63,094 bases of DNA, from the NCBI RefSeq assembly GCF_000002075.1, contig NW_004797688.1, positions 368,941 to 432,034 of the forward strand. Direction: 5' to 3'. Source of the stretch: Aplysia californica. Taxonomy: Eukaryota. Positions within the stretch are counted from its first letter, which is position 1, and every line of letters starts with the position of its first letter. The translations under genes were made by a program, and so were the position numbers. A model generated the notes under the pieces. That model saw only the letters and a list, made by a program, of their open reading frames with translations. It did no database searches and was not told the origin of the DNA. Positions 12,988 through 24,973 of the stretch are shown here, one piece after another.

Positions 12988-13524
12988 ATCTGAGGTATTG
13001 AAAAAAGCGCCCCTCCCCCCAGCTTATTAATTTTCAGCTTTTTTGCGCACCCCGCCCCTCTCCCCGCTCCTTTTCCCATACCCCCAGTTTATCATTTTCC
13101 AGCTTGCCTCGACCAACGATCACGTGAAACATAACATCTAGAATCTGGATATCTGAATGAAACTTCTTTTTTTTGTAAAAGGCAAATTACCTTCAGTATT
13201 AGTACCGGTACCGGGTTGGCTACCTCAGTTTTCTGTGCATTTTAAAAACTTTTGTAAATTGGTTTATATTTTTTTAGTGAAACTGGTTTCTTCTTATATG
13301 GGAAAAGGTGTCACAGTAATTTACTAAAATCACTAAAGTTTCACATGTTCTCTTGTTCTTTTATTCACTGAAAGAGAAATAAAACCCTACTAGTAAAGGG
13401 GTATGAGGTTGAATGCCCCCCCCCCCTTTTTATTCCAACCCTCCCGTTTATTAATTTTAGACGACCCCTCCCCCCCCACCCCGTTTATTCCTACCCCCCC
13501 CCCCTTTTATTCGATACCTTAGAG
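12988..13524. mobile_element. TA-flanked MITE with C-rich subterminal repeats
   Basis: TA|ATCTGAGGTATTGAAAAAAG ... CTTTTATTCGATACCTTAGAG|TA inverted ends. Repeated CCCCCGTTTATT-like units lie near both ends. Confidence 0.75.
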
Positions 13525-15295
13525 TATGACCTTTTTCCGTCACCAATCTGTTCAAATTGTCTAAGTAGATTGTTCTTGGTCTACTCCTGGTTAATGTACT
13601 TTCTGAATTATTTACCGTAAGAGCAACGCCTTCAAGGCCTTTGTGTCTATTCAGATGTCCCAGAAACTACATTTGATCGCTGTCGCAAGCAATCCACTTA
13701 AGTCCAAATTTTGAGAATTTTCAATTTTTTTAACGATCTCACCCCTCCCGTCCCTAATGCGCTATCAAAGATGCATATCATTTCAACCTCACTGAAATAC
13801 AGTTTAATACTATGACCACGGCTTACAATGTTTTTGCCTTTCATAACTCATGATAAGAAAAACACAACAAAAACTAGTTTAATGTCTCCGGTGTAAAATG
13901 TGGACTTCAGTGGTTTGCTTGCAACACCAATGATTCGTCTCTTTCTTCTTTCTAATTGTTTTCATAAATCCACACACCATGCGAGATTCCTTCAGCACAA
14001 CCTTATTTATGTTCTTTTTCTGCCAAGATCATTTGTCTTCACAAGAAACCTCTTTTCTGTTGCTTTTAGTTTATTCTTGTTATCTTTGGTAGTTGTCCAA
14101 CATTCACAGCCATTATTCAAGGGTTTTAAAATTCAGGTTGCCAGTGAGATAATTTCTGTTTTTCAGGATTAGACTCTTTTGTTGAAACTGTCTTTAGCTT
14201 TTACAATTCTTCATTTTTTAAAAATATGGCGCATTTGGCACAGGGTGTAATTATTATTATATTTTAAATTATATAAACTGTCGAACTTGTTTCGTGTTTT
14301 CACATTTGCTTATGACGTTATAAATTGGAGTTTTATACTATTATACTGTGAATTATGTCTCTTTACCTTTGGAAATAATCCGTTACGTTCCCTTTGTGTC
14401 TCAAAAGTGCCTTTACTATTCCACATGCTTTTCTGAATTTGGTATTGGAACAGTGTTATCAGCATGTTCCGATGTTATTAACTTTTCTCCATTCATTTGA
14501 GACCTGAACCTTTTTCTATATCTCTTAGGATTGCTTCTCTATGAAAGAGGACTGATGACATAATCCCGCCTTTCCCAGCTCCATTGTTAACTTTTCTATT
14601 CGCGGTACTCTCTCTAAGTTATTACTGAATCAATTAAAAGAAAAGATAATGATACCATACATGAGATTCTTCAAACCCTTGTTTTCTTTTCCGTTCCGTA
14701 GTTTCAAAGAAAGTTTGATAACTGATAAATCACTTTTCCGTTCGCTGATTAGTGTTACGAGGCAATTGATTTAATGTTGATTGTGATGAAAACAATATGG
14801 TCGGTTAACACATCACAGTAGACAGCATATTGTCCGAGATGAAAACTCCCTCCCCCCTTTGGATCCCTTTAATACCTGTGCTTTTGGTTGGTGGTAATAC
14901 ATTTTCTTTGTAAATGTAGGTGTTATCATGGTGTTATAATGGTGTTTTCCACACACTTAGATCATTCAGAGGAGAGCTTCGACCCTACTTTCCTTGTGAA
15001 CCCTGGCTGAGAGACTTACAACATCCCGCCAGAGAGACTAAGGCACTTTATACTCGATAGAAATTCTCTCCGAACAGAAACCGAACTCAGGTCTTCTTTG
15101 AGCGACCCCAAAAGTCCAAAGGGCCTAACTGCCACACCCAGATGCCGTTTGGAAAGTGGAAAGCCACATTTTCCCAAATCAAAAGTCCCCCAAACAAACA
15201 TTCTTTAAAGTGTTTTCGTGCATGACAACAAAACAGAAGGAAAGTGAGACATAGCGGCGATCCAAACGTGGCCCCACAGAAAGTCAAGACCTCTG

Positions 15296-15432
15296 GATTT
15301 GCATATGAGGCGAATTGAAGTAAGTTCCAAATGGGAAAAGAAAGGAGGAAAGGGGTGGGAGGGGCTGCGGTTGGGGATTTACTCTTACAACTCTGTCTCC
15401 CTCACCCGGTCTCACCAACCGATAGATAGAGC
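15296..15432 (+). repeat. Direct repeat, left copy (~135 bp), abutting SINE tail
   Basis: GATTTGCATA..GAATTGAAGTAAGTTCC..GATTTACTCTTACAA.TCTGTCTCCCTCACC.GGTC..CCAACCGA.AGAT repeated at 15955-16087. Confidence 0.9.
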
Positions 15433-15954
15433 TATTATTTTTTTTGTAAGTGTTTTACGGCGGTCGCAACTGCACAAGGTCATATTATGAGCGCACGGGA
15501 CACATTAAACATTTTTGAGTTCGTATGAAATTTTTAATTTTGGCCGGGCGGAGGCCAAAGCCTTCTCTAATCGATTTTCGGACCACCAAGAGATCTTAAA
15601 CGTGCGAAACCTGCACACGGGACCTCGGAGATTTTCCGTACTTATCCGAGAGGGCTAGGTGTTAGATCTTACCTACTATAAGATCAGGGGTATGGATGAA
15701 AGACAGCAGCGAGAAGGAGCCGAAGAGTAGCAGTACAAGGGCTTCAGAAAGAGCCAGGAGCCCAGAGGAGGGGGAAAGGGGAGAGGGGAAGGGTGAGGGG
15801 GCAGAAAGTGAAAGCAAAATCAGACGACGGAGTATGGTTAGAGAACAGGAAAGGGGGTGAAAGGATAACAATTTCAGAGAAAAAAATTCTGTCGTCGTCC
15901 CGATTCGAACCGGGGCCTATTGAATGAGAAGCGAACGAGAGCCCTCTGGCCCTA
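15433..15954 (-). mobile_element. tRNA-derived SINE with Meta-domain-like core
   Basis: B box GGTTCGAATC, CT-rich spacer, core CCCTCTCGGATAAG..CCGAGGTCCCGTGTGCAGG..GCACGTTTAAGATC, and A-rich tail, all on the minus strand. Confidence 0.75.
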
Positions 15955-16087
15955 GATTTGCATACTATGGGAATTGAAGTAAGTTCCGAATGAGAAATGA
16001 TTGGGGTTTTTTTTTGGGGGGGGGGAGGGGTGATTTACTCTTACAATTCTGTCTCCCTCACCAGGTCGCGCCAACCGAGAGATCAAG
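15955..16087 (+). repeat. Direct repeat, right copy, abutting SINE head
   Basis: Matches 15296-15432 except in the central G-rich tract. Confidence 0.9.
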
Positions 16088-16952
16088 TGTCTTCCCCACT
16101 CCAGGAGAGCAAGACGTTTATGCATAGGTGCAAGCGCAGCCAAAACTCAGAAGAGCTCGAATTAAAAGACGTCCGCCTACCCCTCCCTCCCTCCCCCAGT
16201 CTCTTTCCCTTTTTATGTGCACCGAACGAATAATATTACAACAAACGGTTATGAATCTCCCATAAACCAATGAATAATAAAGCCCCCGAAGATTCTATAG
16301 CAGATAGTTCTGCGTCTTTGTCGAGTACATTTCTGCTTTCCTGCTCTTCGTGCAAGTGCTTGTTGGCCTATTGCTAGCTATAACAAACTTAACTCTGTAC
16401 CCGCAGTTTCTCTTTATATGTCATATCAACTTCCATGGCCCTTCTTTGGTTACCGTTCTGTTCGACTAAAGAGCAACGAACTATGCGTGGACAGACGACT
16501 TAAACGAACCCCCCCCCCAAATAAACAACAAAACAACAACAACAAATAAAAACTTGACGCCATGATTATTTGCCAACCGGAAATCTATTGTTGTTGTAAC
16601 TTTTTCATTACTTCAAGGAGAAAGTTATCACATTAATCATCGAAACTTAATGCACATGATGGTATAACTTTTTAAAATTATCCAGGAATTAAAACAGTCA
16701 GGAACACCACAAATTATGAGGAGCACAGAAGGCTGCCTGTTGGCGCGATCGTCACTTCTCTTGTTTTGTCAAGATTATTTATGCTTTACAGTGAACCTCA
16801 TTGTTTCTACTAAATCTGAGGCAGAGGCTCGATCTACGATTCATGATTTTTTCTATGAGCTTCCCCTAATCTTCATGGTCCCCAATCATCGGTTTGGATG
16901 GGTATCATTGTTTTAATTCTAAAGACTGCTGTTTAATTACGATATTAACTAG

Positions 16953-19900
16953 ATGGCAACAGCACATATCTCTGCCGGAAGTATGACATTAGTTACAAAT
17001 CAAGAGGATGAACACTTTTCCGAAATGGTCACCCACCCTGTGGTTTTTAACGCAGACAGTGTAGAGATATTCACTGAAAGGGAAAATAGAACAACATACT
17101 CCCCAGACACTCTGTTGCTATTTCGACCAATGAACCATGTCTTTATACCTCCGAATGTCATGAGGAGACTAAGAGAAAACAATCTAAATAGGATCCCAAA
17201 AACTAAACGGTCGAAGAGAGGAGGGAACAGAACATTAGAATTTAAAATAACTCAGAGAAAAAACCCAGGTCAAACAAAAGGACACCAAACCCAAGCCGAC
17301 ACCGCCCCCAGAGAGACAGCGCGACTCCAAGAGGCGGCCCGGCCTCCCCATTTTTTTTCTCCCCAGGACCCAGAGCCTCCAATGAGAACAGCACTATCGC
17401 TAGAGAAACACCCACTCACAATACTCAGCCGACACTCATACGGCACTCTCCGGCCCACAGTGGAGCTACCGCAATCAACACTGTTGCCCAAGCCGAAAGG
17501 ATAACCCCTTCACCGGATGCCCTGGCGACACAGGTCTGCAACGCCTGCGGCCGAAAAGAGAGGCTGCTTCTTAACCCGTTCATATGCAGTGCTGACGGCT
17601 GTAACGAGAAATGTCATCAATCCTGCAGCGGCATCTCCCAGTACTCCAGGAAGCGCGAATGGCTCTGCAGAACTCACTGCTCACCCCCAGTCCCCGTCGA
17701 CCTAACACCCCGACAGGAGACCTTTGCCAGACGCGAGTGCAGCGTCTGCAGCAAGATGCTCAGGAAAAACGACAGCCGGTTCCGCTGCGCCGAATTGGGA
17801 TGCTCAAGCGAGTGCCATAAGGATGTTAGGTACAGCCACATCGGCAGGTACCACCCCAAGAAAAAATGGAGGTGTGCAACCCACTCCTGCAACACGGCAC
17901 CAACCGCAATCCCTATCACAAATAACACCGTCAGATCTACCCCCCCCCTACCATCCACCCCACGGCCCAAAGCCAACTGTAAGGGCTTACGGAAACCAAT
18001 CCGAATGAATACCACGCCAGTTGCATGCGCGTCCTGTACCCAGTACTTCCACAAGTCTTGCACGAAACTAACGAGAATGCTCGCAAACGCCTCTGCGGAA
18101 GGTACCCACAGCTGGAACTGTGAGGGTTATGAGAGGTCGAATAAGCCCAGAGACTTTACACGGGTGGTTGGTGGAACAGCGGACCAAAAGTTCGCTCCGC
18201 TTTATACAGTGGAACGCCGATGGCATCACAGCTAAAGCAAACGAGCTTGGACTTCGCTTGAAGGAGGGTGATTTCGACATCTGCCTCATCCAGGAATCGA
18301 AACTAAAACCAAGTAAGACGACACCTAGATTTGAGGGATATTCATCAATCAGGGTGGACAGACGGAGCCAGGACGGGGGTGGAGGTCTCATCTCTTATAT
18401 CAAGAATACCCTAGTTTTTGAACATGTCCGAGACGCGTCCATCAGAGGAACTGAGCTTTCGATGTTTAAGGTGAAGGTCGGGAGGCGGAAATGGGTCACA
18501 CTGTGCAACATCTACTGCCCTCCCGTCAGATCCCACACATCTCAACAATCTACACGTTTGGCAACCGACGAACTCCCAACCACACCCGAGTCTATCATAC
18601 TAGGTGACTTTAATGCCCACTGTCCCCTTTGGGATCCCTTTCAACCACCGGATGCAAGAGGGGAGAGTCTGCTGAACCGGACACTGGATAGCGACATGAC
18701 GGTCATGAATGAGGGAAGACACACTCGTATCAACACCAAGTCGAGACATGACGACCATCCCAACCCTAATCCCTCTCCCTCTTCCCTACCATCCACCGGA
18801 GGAAAAAGTGCCCCTGATGTCTCTATATGTGGGTCAACATGGATCGGGAAACACACCTGGTGCCCAGTAGACGGAATTGGCAGCTCTGACCATGCGCCGA
18901 TTTCCGTGACCCTTAACACTGAGGTCAGCCATGGATCGGTATTCAGGGGTCAGGTCACCTGGAAATCGTTCGGTGTCGACTGGAAAGCTTTCAAAGACGC
19001 CGTTGAACGTGACACTGTGACTAGAATGCCGTCGAACAACCACATCCGAAATATGGTGTCTGAATTCCACACTGCCCTGATGGACGCCGGTACCCGCATT
19101 GTCGGCACTGTGAAACCAGGCAGGCACACAAAGACGTGGGAAACCCCCCACAGTTCGAAGAGCAATCCGGAGGTGAAATAGACTCCGGAAAGAGGTGCGA
19201 ACTCGCCGCAAAGAATGGCTAGAGGCGTGCCATGTGGCGCAGGAGGCGATCAACAATGCTAAGACCGATGCCTGGCGAAAAGTGCTCGAGAAAACCACCA
19301 ACTCACAGGACGACACCAAGATGTGGAAAATCATAAAAAGCCTCAACGGTACCCCTGACACAAACTCGCCAAATGAAGCAATGTCACACAATGGGCGATT
19401 GGTGACATCAAGCAAGCATAAGGCGGACATATTCGCAGACTACTACGCGAACGTCTGCAGTCTAAACATGTCGAAAGAAGACAAAGCCGAAAACTGGCAA
19501 CTCAAACAGCGACTGAAATACTTACGGAACAACCCAAGGGCAGACCAGCCCGATTTCACTATCGGGGAACTGAGGAATGCCAATGCAAAGATGAAGTCCC
19601 GCGGATCACCCGGACCAGACAACATCCCTCCGTCTTTCATCAAAAACCTGGGTCCCAAAGCGCTGGAGAAACTGCTCTCCATCTTCAACGTGTAATTTCG
19701 TTCAGCTGATGTCCCACAAGTCTGGAAAGACGCCATCATTGTCCCCCTCCTCAAGACCGCCAAACCAGCATCGGAACTAACGTCGTTTAGACCGATAAGC
19801 CTCACATCCTGTGTCATCAAAGTTATGGAGAGAATGGTATCTGAACGACTGCACGACATGGCCCGAGCGGAACGGCTGGTTCTCCGAACTGCAGGCTGGT

Positions 19901-21978
19901 TTCAGGAAGGGGAGAGGTGTGGAAGACCAAATTCTGAGAATTACGCAAAAGATTCCCGATGGCTTCCAAAAGAAGGAGAAATCGGTTCTCGTCCTCCTCG
20001 ATTTTTCAAAGGCATATGACACGGTCTGGCGAGAACGCCTACTCCTCACCCTCCTAGACAGAGGTATCCCAGATACATACGTTTTATGGCTGAATGACTT
20101 CCTTCAAAATCGTCAAGCCAGAGTCCGATTCAACGGAATACTGAGTAATAGCAGGAAAATGAACCAAGGCCTCACACAAGGTTCCGTACTGGCACCCATC
20201 CTCTTCCTTTTTTATATCGACAAACTGGCGAAACTACTTCCGGATGATCTCACAATTTCACTCTACGCTGACGACGTCTCTATCTTCGCTTCATCACGCA
20301 CGACACGAGGCGCCGAAAGTCTGGCACAAAGAGCGGTGGACACCGTTGCTGACTGGAACAGGCGATGGAAACTCACGCTAAACGGCTCAAAGAGCGAGAC
20401 TACATTCTTCACGCTCGCAACATCTGACTCGGAATGGAAGCCATGCATCACGATAAATAATTCAACAATTAAGTATGAGCCCTACGCAAGACTCCTGGGA
20501 GTCACACTCGACCGCAGGCTCACGTTCAGGAAACAGGTTGAGACAGTAATAGCTAAGGCCACGCAGAAGATGAGGATGCTCGGTGCTGTAGCGCACTCAA
20601 AATGGGGGTGGAGGAAAGACGACCTACGCAAGGTCTACCTCACCCATATACAAAGTGTTCTCAACTTTGCGAGCAGCAGCTGGCCACCGTGGCTGAGCAA
20701 AACTCTGATAAATAATCTGGAGGTGGTTCAAAACAGATGTCTGCGACTGATCACCACCCAAGCCCAGTTCTCACCGATCGAGGCACTTCGAGCTGAAACA
20801 GGGGTCCCAAGCATTCAGTCCACCATAAATGCTAACTGTCTCCGATCAAGAGAGAAGGCCCTCCGACTGAACAACGACCACCCTCGACGAATTGCGGCAA
20901 CGGAACAAGTGCACAGACGCTTAAAGGGACGCAGGGATTTCCGAAAAAAGGCCGAAGACGTCAGCAAAAAGAGCCCACATCTGTTCAACTGCGAGAGGAG
21001 GCCCATCACTTACTTCGAAACCAGGCCCTGGGGACGGGGAATCAACCTCGACATCACTTTCCCCCACCTGTACGGCATAAGCGAAGGAGTGACTCCAGTG
21101 GGAAGATTCAAAGCGCTGCTGTTCGTCGAGCACGAGAGCTTGGCGCACAGTACAATATCTACACTGACGGCTCGGCTAGGGCAGGAACAACGGACGGCAG
21201 CGCTGGAGTCGTCTTCACAACGGGGGACCCGTCCAACACTACCGTTATCGAGACGTTGAGGGAGAAAGGCGCCATATTCACGTGCTCTTTCAAGGAAGAA
21301 AGGAGAGCCTTGGAAATGGCCATTGACTGGATTGACAAAGAGTGCGATGCATCCAACTCGGTCGCTATCTTCACCGACAGTCAATCACTATGCATGGCAC
21401 TAGTGGGAACATCACCATCCCTCGACCAAATGAGACTACGCATAAATAATGTAATACCTCAACCCACGATTTAGTGGATCCCTGGTCAGCGCAATATCCT
21501 CGGCAACGATCTCGCTGACAGTAATGCCAAACTGGCAACAGCGCTGCCGGGCCCAGGCCGCCAAATTACTTATGAAAGTGCGTGCGCCCATATAAAACTA
21601 ATTACAAAAGACCCCCCTATATGCCACATGCGCACGATAGAAGTATACAGGGCATTTTTCCTTATAACGAGAGGCTCTTATTATGTCCCGCAGTGACCAG
21701 TCATTACTGGCAAAAAATCAGGATCAGTCACTTCTCTGGGCTGCGGGCCTACAAAAATAGAATAGACAAAACATCGGACCCAATCTGTCCATTTGTGCAG
21801 CGAGGAGCCCCAAGATTTGGAGCACTGGCTGCAGAGATGCCCCGCCACGGAAGCCCGGCGGTGGCATCTCTTCGGAGGGGATTCAGGGAGGTTGGACTGC
21901 CTCACCCGCTATCCAAGGGAGGCGGTAGCCCTGGCGAAGAGCACGCTCTTCGGGGCTCCGAACATTTGGAACGGATAG
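16953..21978 (+). pseudogene. Frameshifted polyprotein: basic N-terminus, 3xPHD-like, APE endonuclease, reverse transcriptase, RNase H, CCHC
   Basis: Pieces in ORFs 16953..17504, an open frame 17246-18235, 18120..19181, 19195..19695, 19811..21259, 21256..21474 and 21793..21978 join through several frameshifts and stops (e.g. TAA 19693, TAG 21472). Confidence 0.85.
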
Positions 21979-22010
21979 GCTACCACACACACAACAACAA
22001 CAACAACAAC
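16953..22010 (+). mobile_element. Near full-length, disabled I-group non-LTR retrotransposon (Ingi/Nimb-like)
   Basis: Domains in order: PHD-like fingers (17537-18130); APE (QWNADG, IQESKL, LGDFNAH, GSSDH; ~18190-18920); RT (PGPDNI, FRPISLTS, QAGFRKGR, LDFSKAYDTV, QGSVLAP, YADD at 20264-20275); RNase H (IYTDGS at ~21157, IFTDSQS, WIPG..GNDLAD); C-terminal C-x2-C-x8-H-x4-C knuckle; (CAA)n tail at 21991-22010. The 5' boundary is not resolved. Confidence 0.93.
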
Positions 22011-23032
22011 CCCACAAAAACACACAATCAAAAACAAAACAAAAATTGAAACCCAACCACAACACACAAAAAACAATAACCAAAGCAAAGAAAAACTTAG
22101 AGGACGTTCGGGGACAACAGAATGATTACTTCCTGAACTTGTTCAAATCAGTCGACTGCTCTGTCTGTTCGGCACGGTTTGATTTATTTTACCTATTTCG
22201 GATAGTAATTTCTTTGTCTACACTTCCTCTTTATCGGGCTGACCCCCCCCCCACACACACACAGCTCCCCACGTCAGAGTTGAGGTGTACAACATGTTTC
22301 ATTGTCGGACTGCTTTCGATAACTGAAACAACAATTAGGGCCAGTAGCCATCAAAGTATGAAATTTCAGGACAATTGGCATATTAAGTTGTTTGTAAGTG
22401 TTATAACAAAACAAACAAACGAAATAGACCCACAACAAAAACTGCACCCCCCAAACCCCCCCCCCCCAAAAAAAAACAACCTCCAACTCCAAGCGAGGTC
22501 ATGCTGACTGGCCTAGCATGCCAAATCCTGTTGCCTACCTGTGGTCTATTAAATATTGTTCACACCCGTAGTGATGGTCTTCCTGCGTAGACTTGTCATG
22601 ACAGCTATAATTATAGAGTTAATATTCTTGCATTATTTTACAGCAGCTGGAAGCAGCTGCAGGTCGAGCTCACCTCGATTCAAAATGTAAAAATTTAGCA
22701 CCATAGCTCATTCTGCACTGTTGCTCACCTACCGCCGGATGATGAGACGTCCCTGACTGAAAAAAAGTTACTGAGGCTGAAAACAAAATATTTCAGTACA
22801 TTTTTATTTCTTTATTGCAAGACCATCACAGTTTATGGCTGAACAAACTAAAAACAAAACTAACAAAAACAAACGAACAAAAACAAAAATAACAACATAA
22901 AGCCTGCGTAAACAGAGTTGAGTGGAGAAAGAACTTCCAGGATACTACGGAAACCGTGGACCTTACAGGAATGGACATTAACGTATCCTCTTCCTTTCGC
23001 TGTGTCACCATACCAAGCCCCTCCCTACCCCT

Positions 23033-23067
<35 letters not shown>

Positions 23068-23344
23068 TCTGTCTCTGTCTGTCTCTATCTCTCTGTCTGT
23101 CCCTTTCTCTCTCTCTCCCCTTTCCTATCGTCATATATGCATCTATTTAAAAATTAAGTAATATTTCTGCCTGTACCCCTCTTCTCTTTCTCTCTTCATC
23201 CCTCTGAACGTTCTCGTGTGTATCTAAAGATATTTACTAAGACAAGTACAACTCCATTTTAAGATAGACATCGATATTGAACCTATGATACTTAATACGA
23301 ACGATGTTGTTGAATTTATTTCAGGTTTCGGCTTAAAGCAGACA

Positions 23345-23700
23345 CTTGTCTTGTCGAGACAAGATACCCGTTACAACTACAAAAAGAGCATTTTCTCTCC
23401 ATTACAGTCTGTTGTCCTCTCTTGATGAACATATTCTCCATTCGTCGATGTCCGTCCATGAGACACTGTTTTCTTTTAGAGTGAATACTGCAATGTACAG
23501 ATAATAGCAGCAAGAATAACCCTCTTTGAGATTTTATCGTTTGTGGATATGACTGTTCTCGGCACCAATAAACATGCTCCATTCCCCTTCTTTCCCTGGA
23601 GAGTCTATGACTGTAGATTTACACCAGTTGTGTAAGTTGTGTAGGTTCATGTATAGTTTCAATGGATAGGCAGCATCTCCTTTTATGAAACTGGAAAGGT
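23345..23700 (-). pseudogene. PIF/Harbinger DDE transposase relic (C-terminal part)
   Basis: Minus strand FIKGDAAYPLKLYM, then after a frameshift IYSHRLSRERRGMEHVY and VILAAIICTLQ. These correspond to the Harbinger motifs GDxAYPL, FNYRLSRARRxVENAFG and IxxACxxLHN in the right order. Confidence 0.75.
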
Positions 23701-24929
23701 TTGTGGATAAATATGAAAAACCAGCAAAAACCCAAAAGGTCCATCGCGTTTTCCTCAAAGAACGAAGTTGTTTCCGATAGAGAAACCATGCCTCCAACAC
23801 GTCCTTTTCCATGCGCTCCCACTTCAACAATTTAGCAACATTATTGAAACAAAATAAAGTTAGTGACTAAGAAAGGTGGACCCTCAATTTGCCTGTGCTT
23901 CATTGCGCAAATTAAATGTTAACCACCTATAGACTACATATTTCGATAAGTTGAATTTTTCAAGCAACCCTTTTGTAGCTGCTTGACACATTTGCCCTGT
24001 TGTTTTTTTAAATTTTCTAATAGATAGGGATTAACTTTATCCAAATTGCAGTTACAGTTATCTGACTACCTCAGAAACACACACGAGACGAAGAGAGTGA
24101 ACTAAGCCTTTGGGGACTATTCTTGTCGCCAGAAAGCTGTGAACAAAGAAGAAAAGCTATTGGATTGAATCCACTGCACCTCAGTAATTCATCTTGTAAT
24201 AATATTATTGTTCTTTTACTTTTACATTTATCTCCAGAGAAGAGTGTAGAAAAAAATGCTCAAAAATCTAAAAGACGTAAAAGTAAAAGGCAAAGTGAAA
24301 GATATTTTCAGGAAACTGCCCCCCCCCCNNNNNNNNNNNNNNNNNNNNNNNNNNNNNNNNNNNNNNNNNNNNNNNNNNNNNNNNNNNNNNNNNNNNNNNN
24401 NNNNNNNNNNNNNNNNNNNNNNNNNNNNNNNNNNNNNNNNNNNNNNNNNNNNNNNNNNNNNNNNNNNNNNNNNNNNNNNNNNNNNNNNNNNNNNNNNNNN
24501 NNNNNNNNNNNNNNNNNNNNNNNNNNNNNNNNNNNNNNNNNNNNNNNNNNNNNNNNNNNNNNNNNNNNNNNNNNNNNNNNNNNNNNNNNNNNNNNNNNNN
24601 NNNNNNNNNNNNNNNNNNNNNNNNNNNNNNNNNNNNNNNNNNNNNNNNNNNNNNNNNNNNNNNNNNNNNNNNNNNNNNNNNNNNNNNNNNNNNNNNNNNN
24701 NNNNNNNNNNNNNNNNNNNNNNNNNNNNNNNNNNNNNNNNNNNNNNNNNNNNNNNNNNNNNNNNNNNNNNNNNNNNNNNNNNNNNNNNNNNNNNNNNNNN
24801 NNNNNNNNNNNNNNNNNNNNNNNNNNNNNNNNNNNNNNNNNNNNNNNNNNNNNNNNNNNNNNNNNNNNNNNNNNNNNNNNNNNNNNNNNNNNNNNNNNNN
24901 NNNNNNNNNNNNNNNNNNNNNNNNNNNNN

Positions 24930-24973
<44 letters not shown>

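Noticed and set aside
14552-14600. CTGATGA hammerhead-core heptamer
   Set aside because: No GAAA box or flanking helices in the proper arrangement.
16500-16952. 5' UTR, HDV-like ribozyme or TSD for the large LINE
   Set aside because: No convincing TSD pairing with the sequence after 22010-22095 and no foldable ribozyme core could be identified by eye.
17247-17273. NPG tripeptide (ITQRKNPGQ) near the LINE N-terminus, where 2A-like StopGo peptides occur in some Ingi/CR1 elements
   Set aside because: It lacks the D(V/I)E and terminal P of D(V/I)ExNPGP, and there is no upstream hydrophobic helix.
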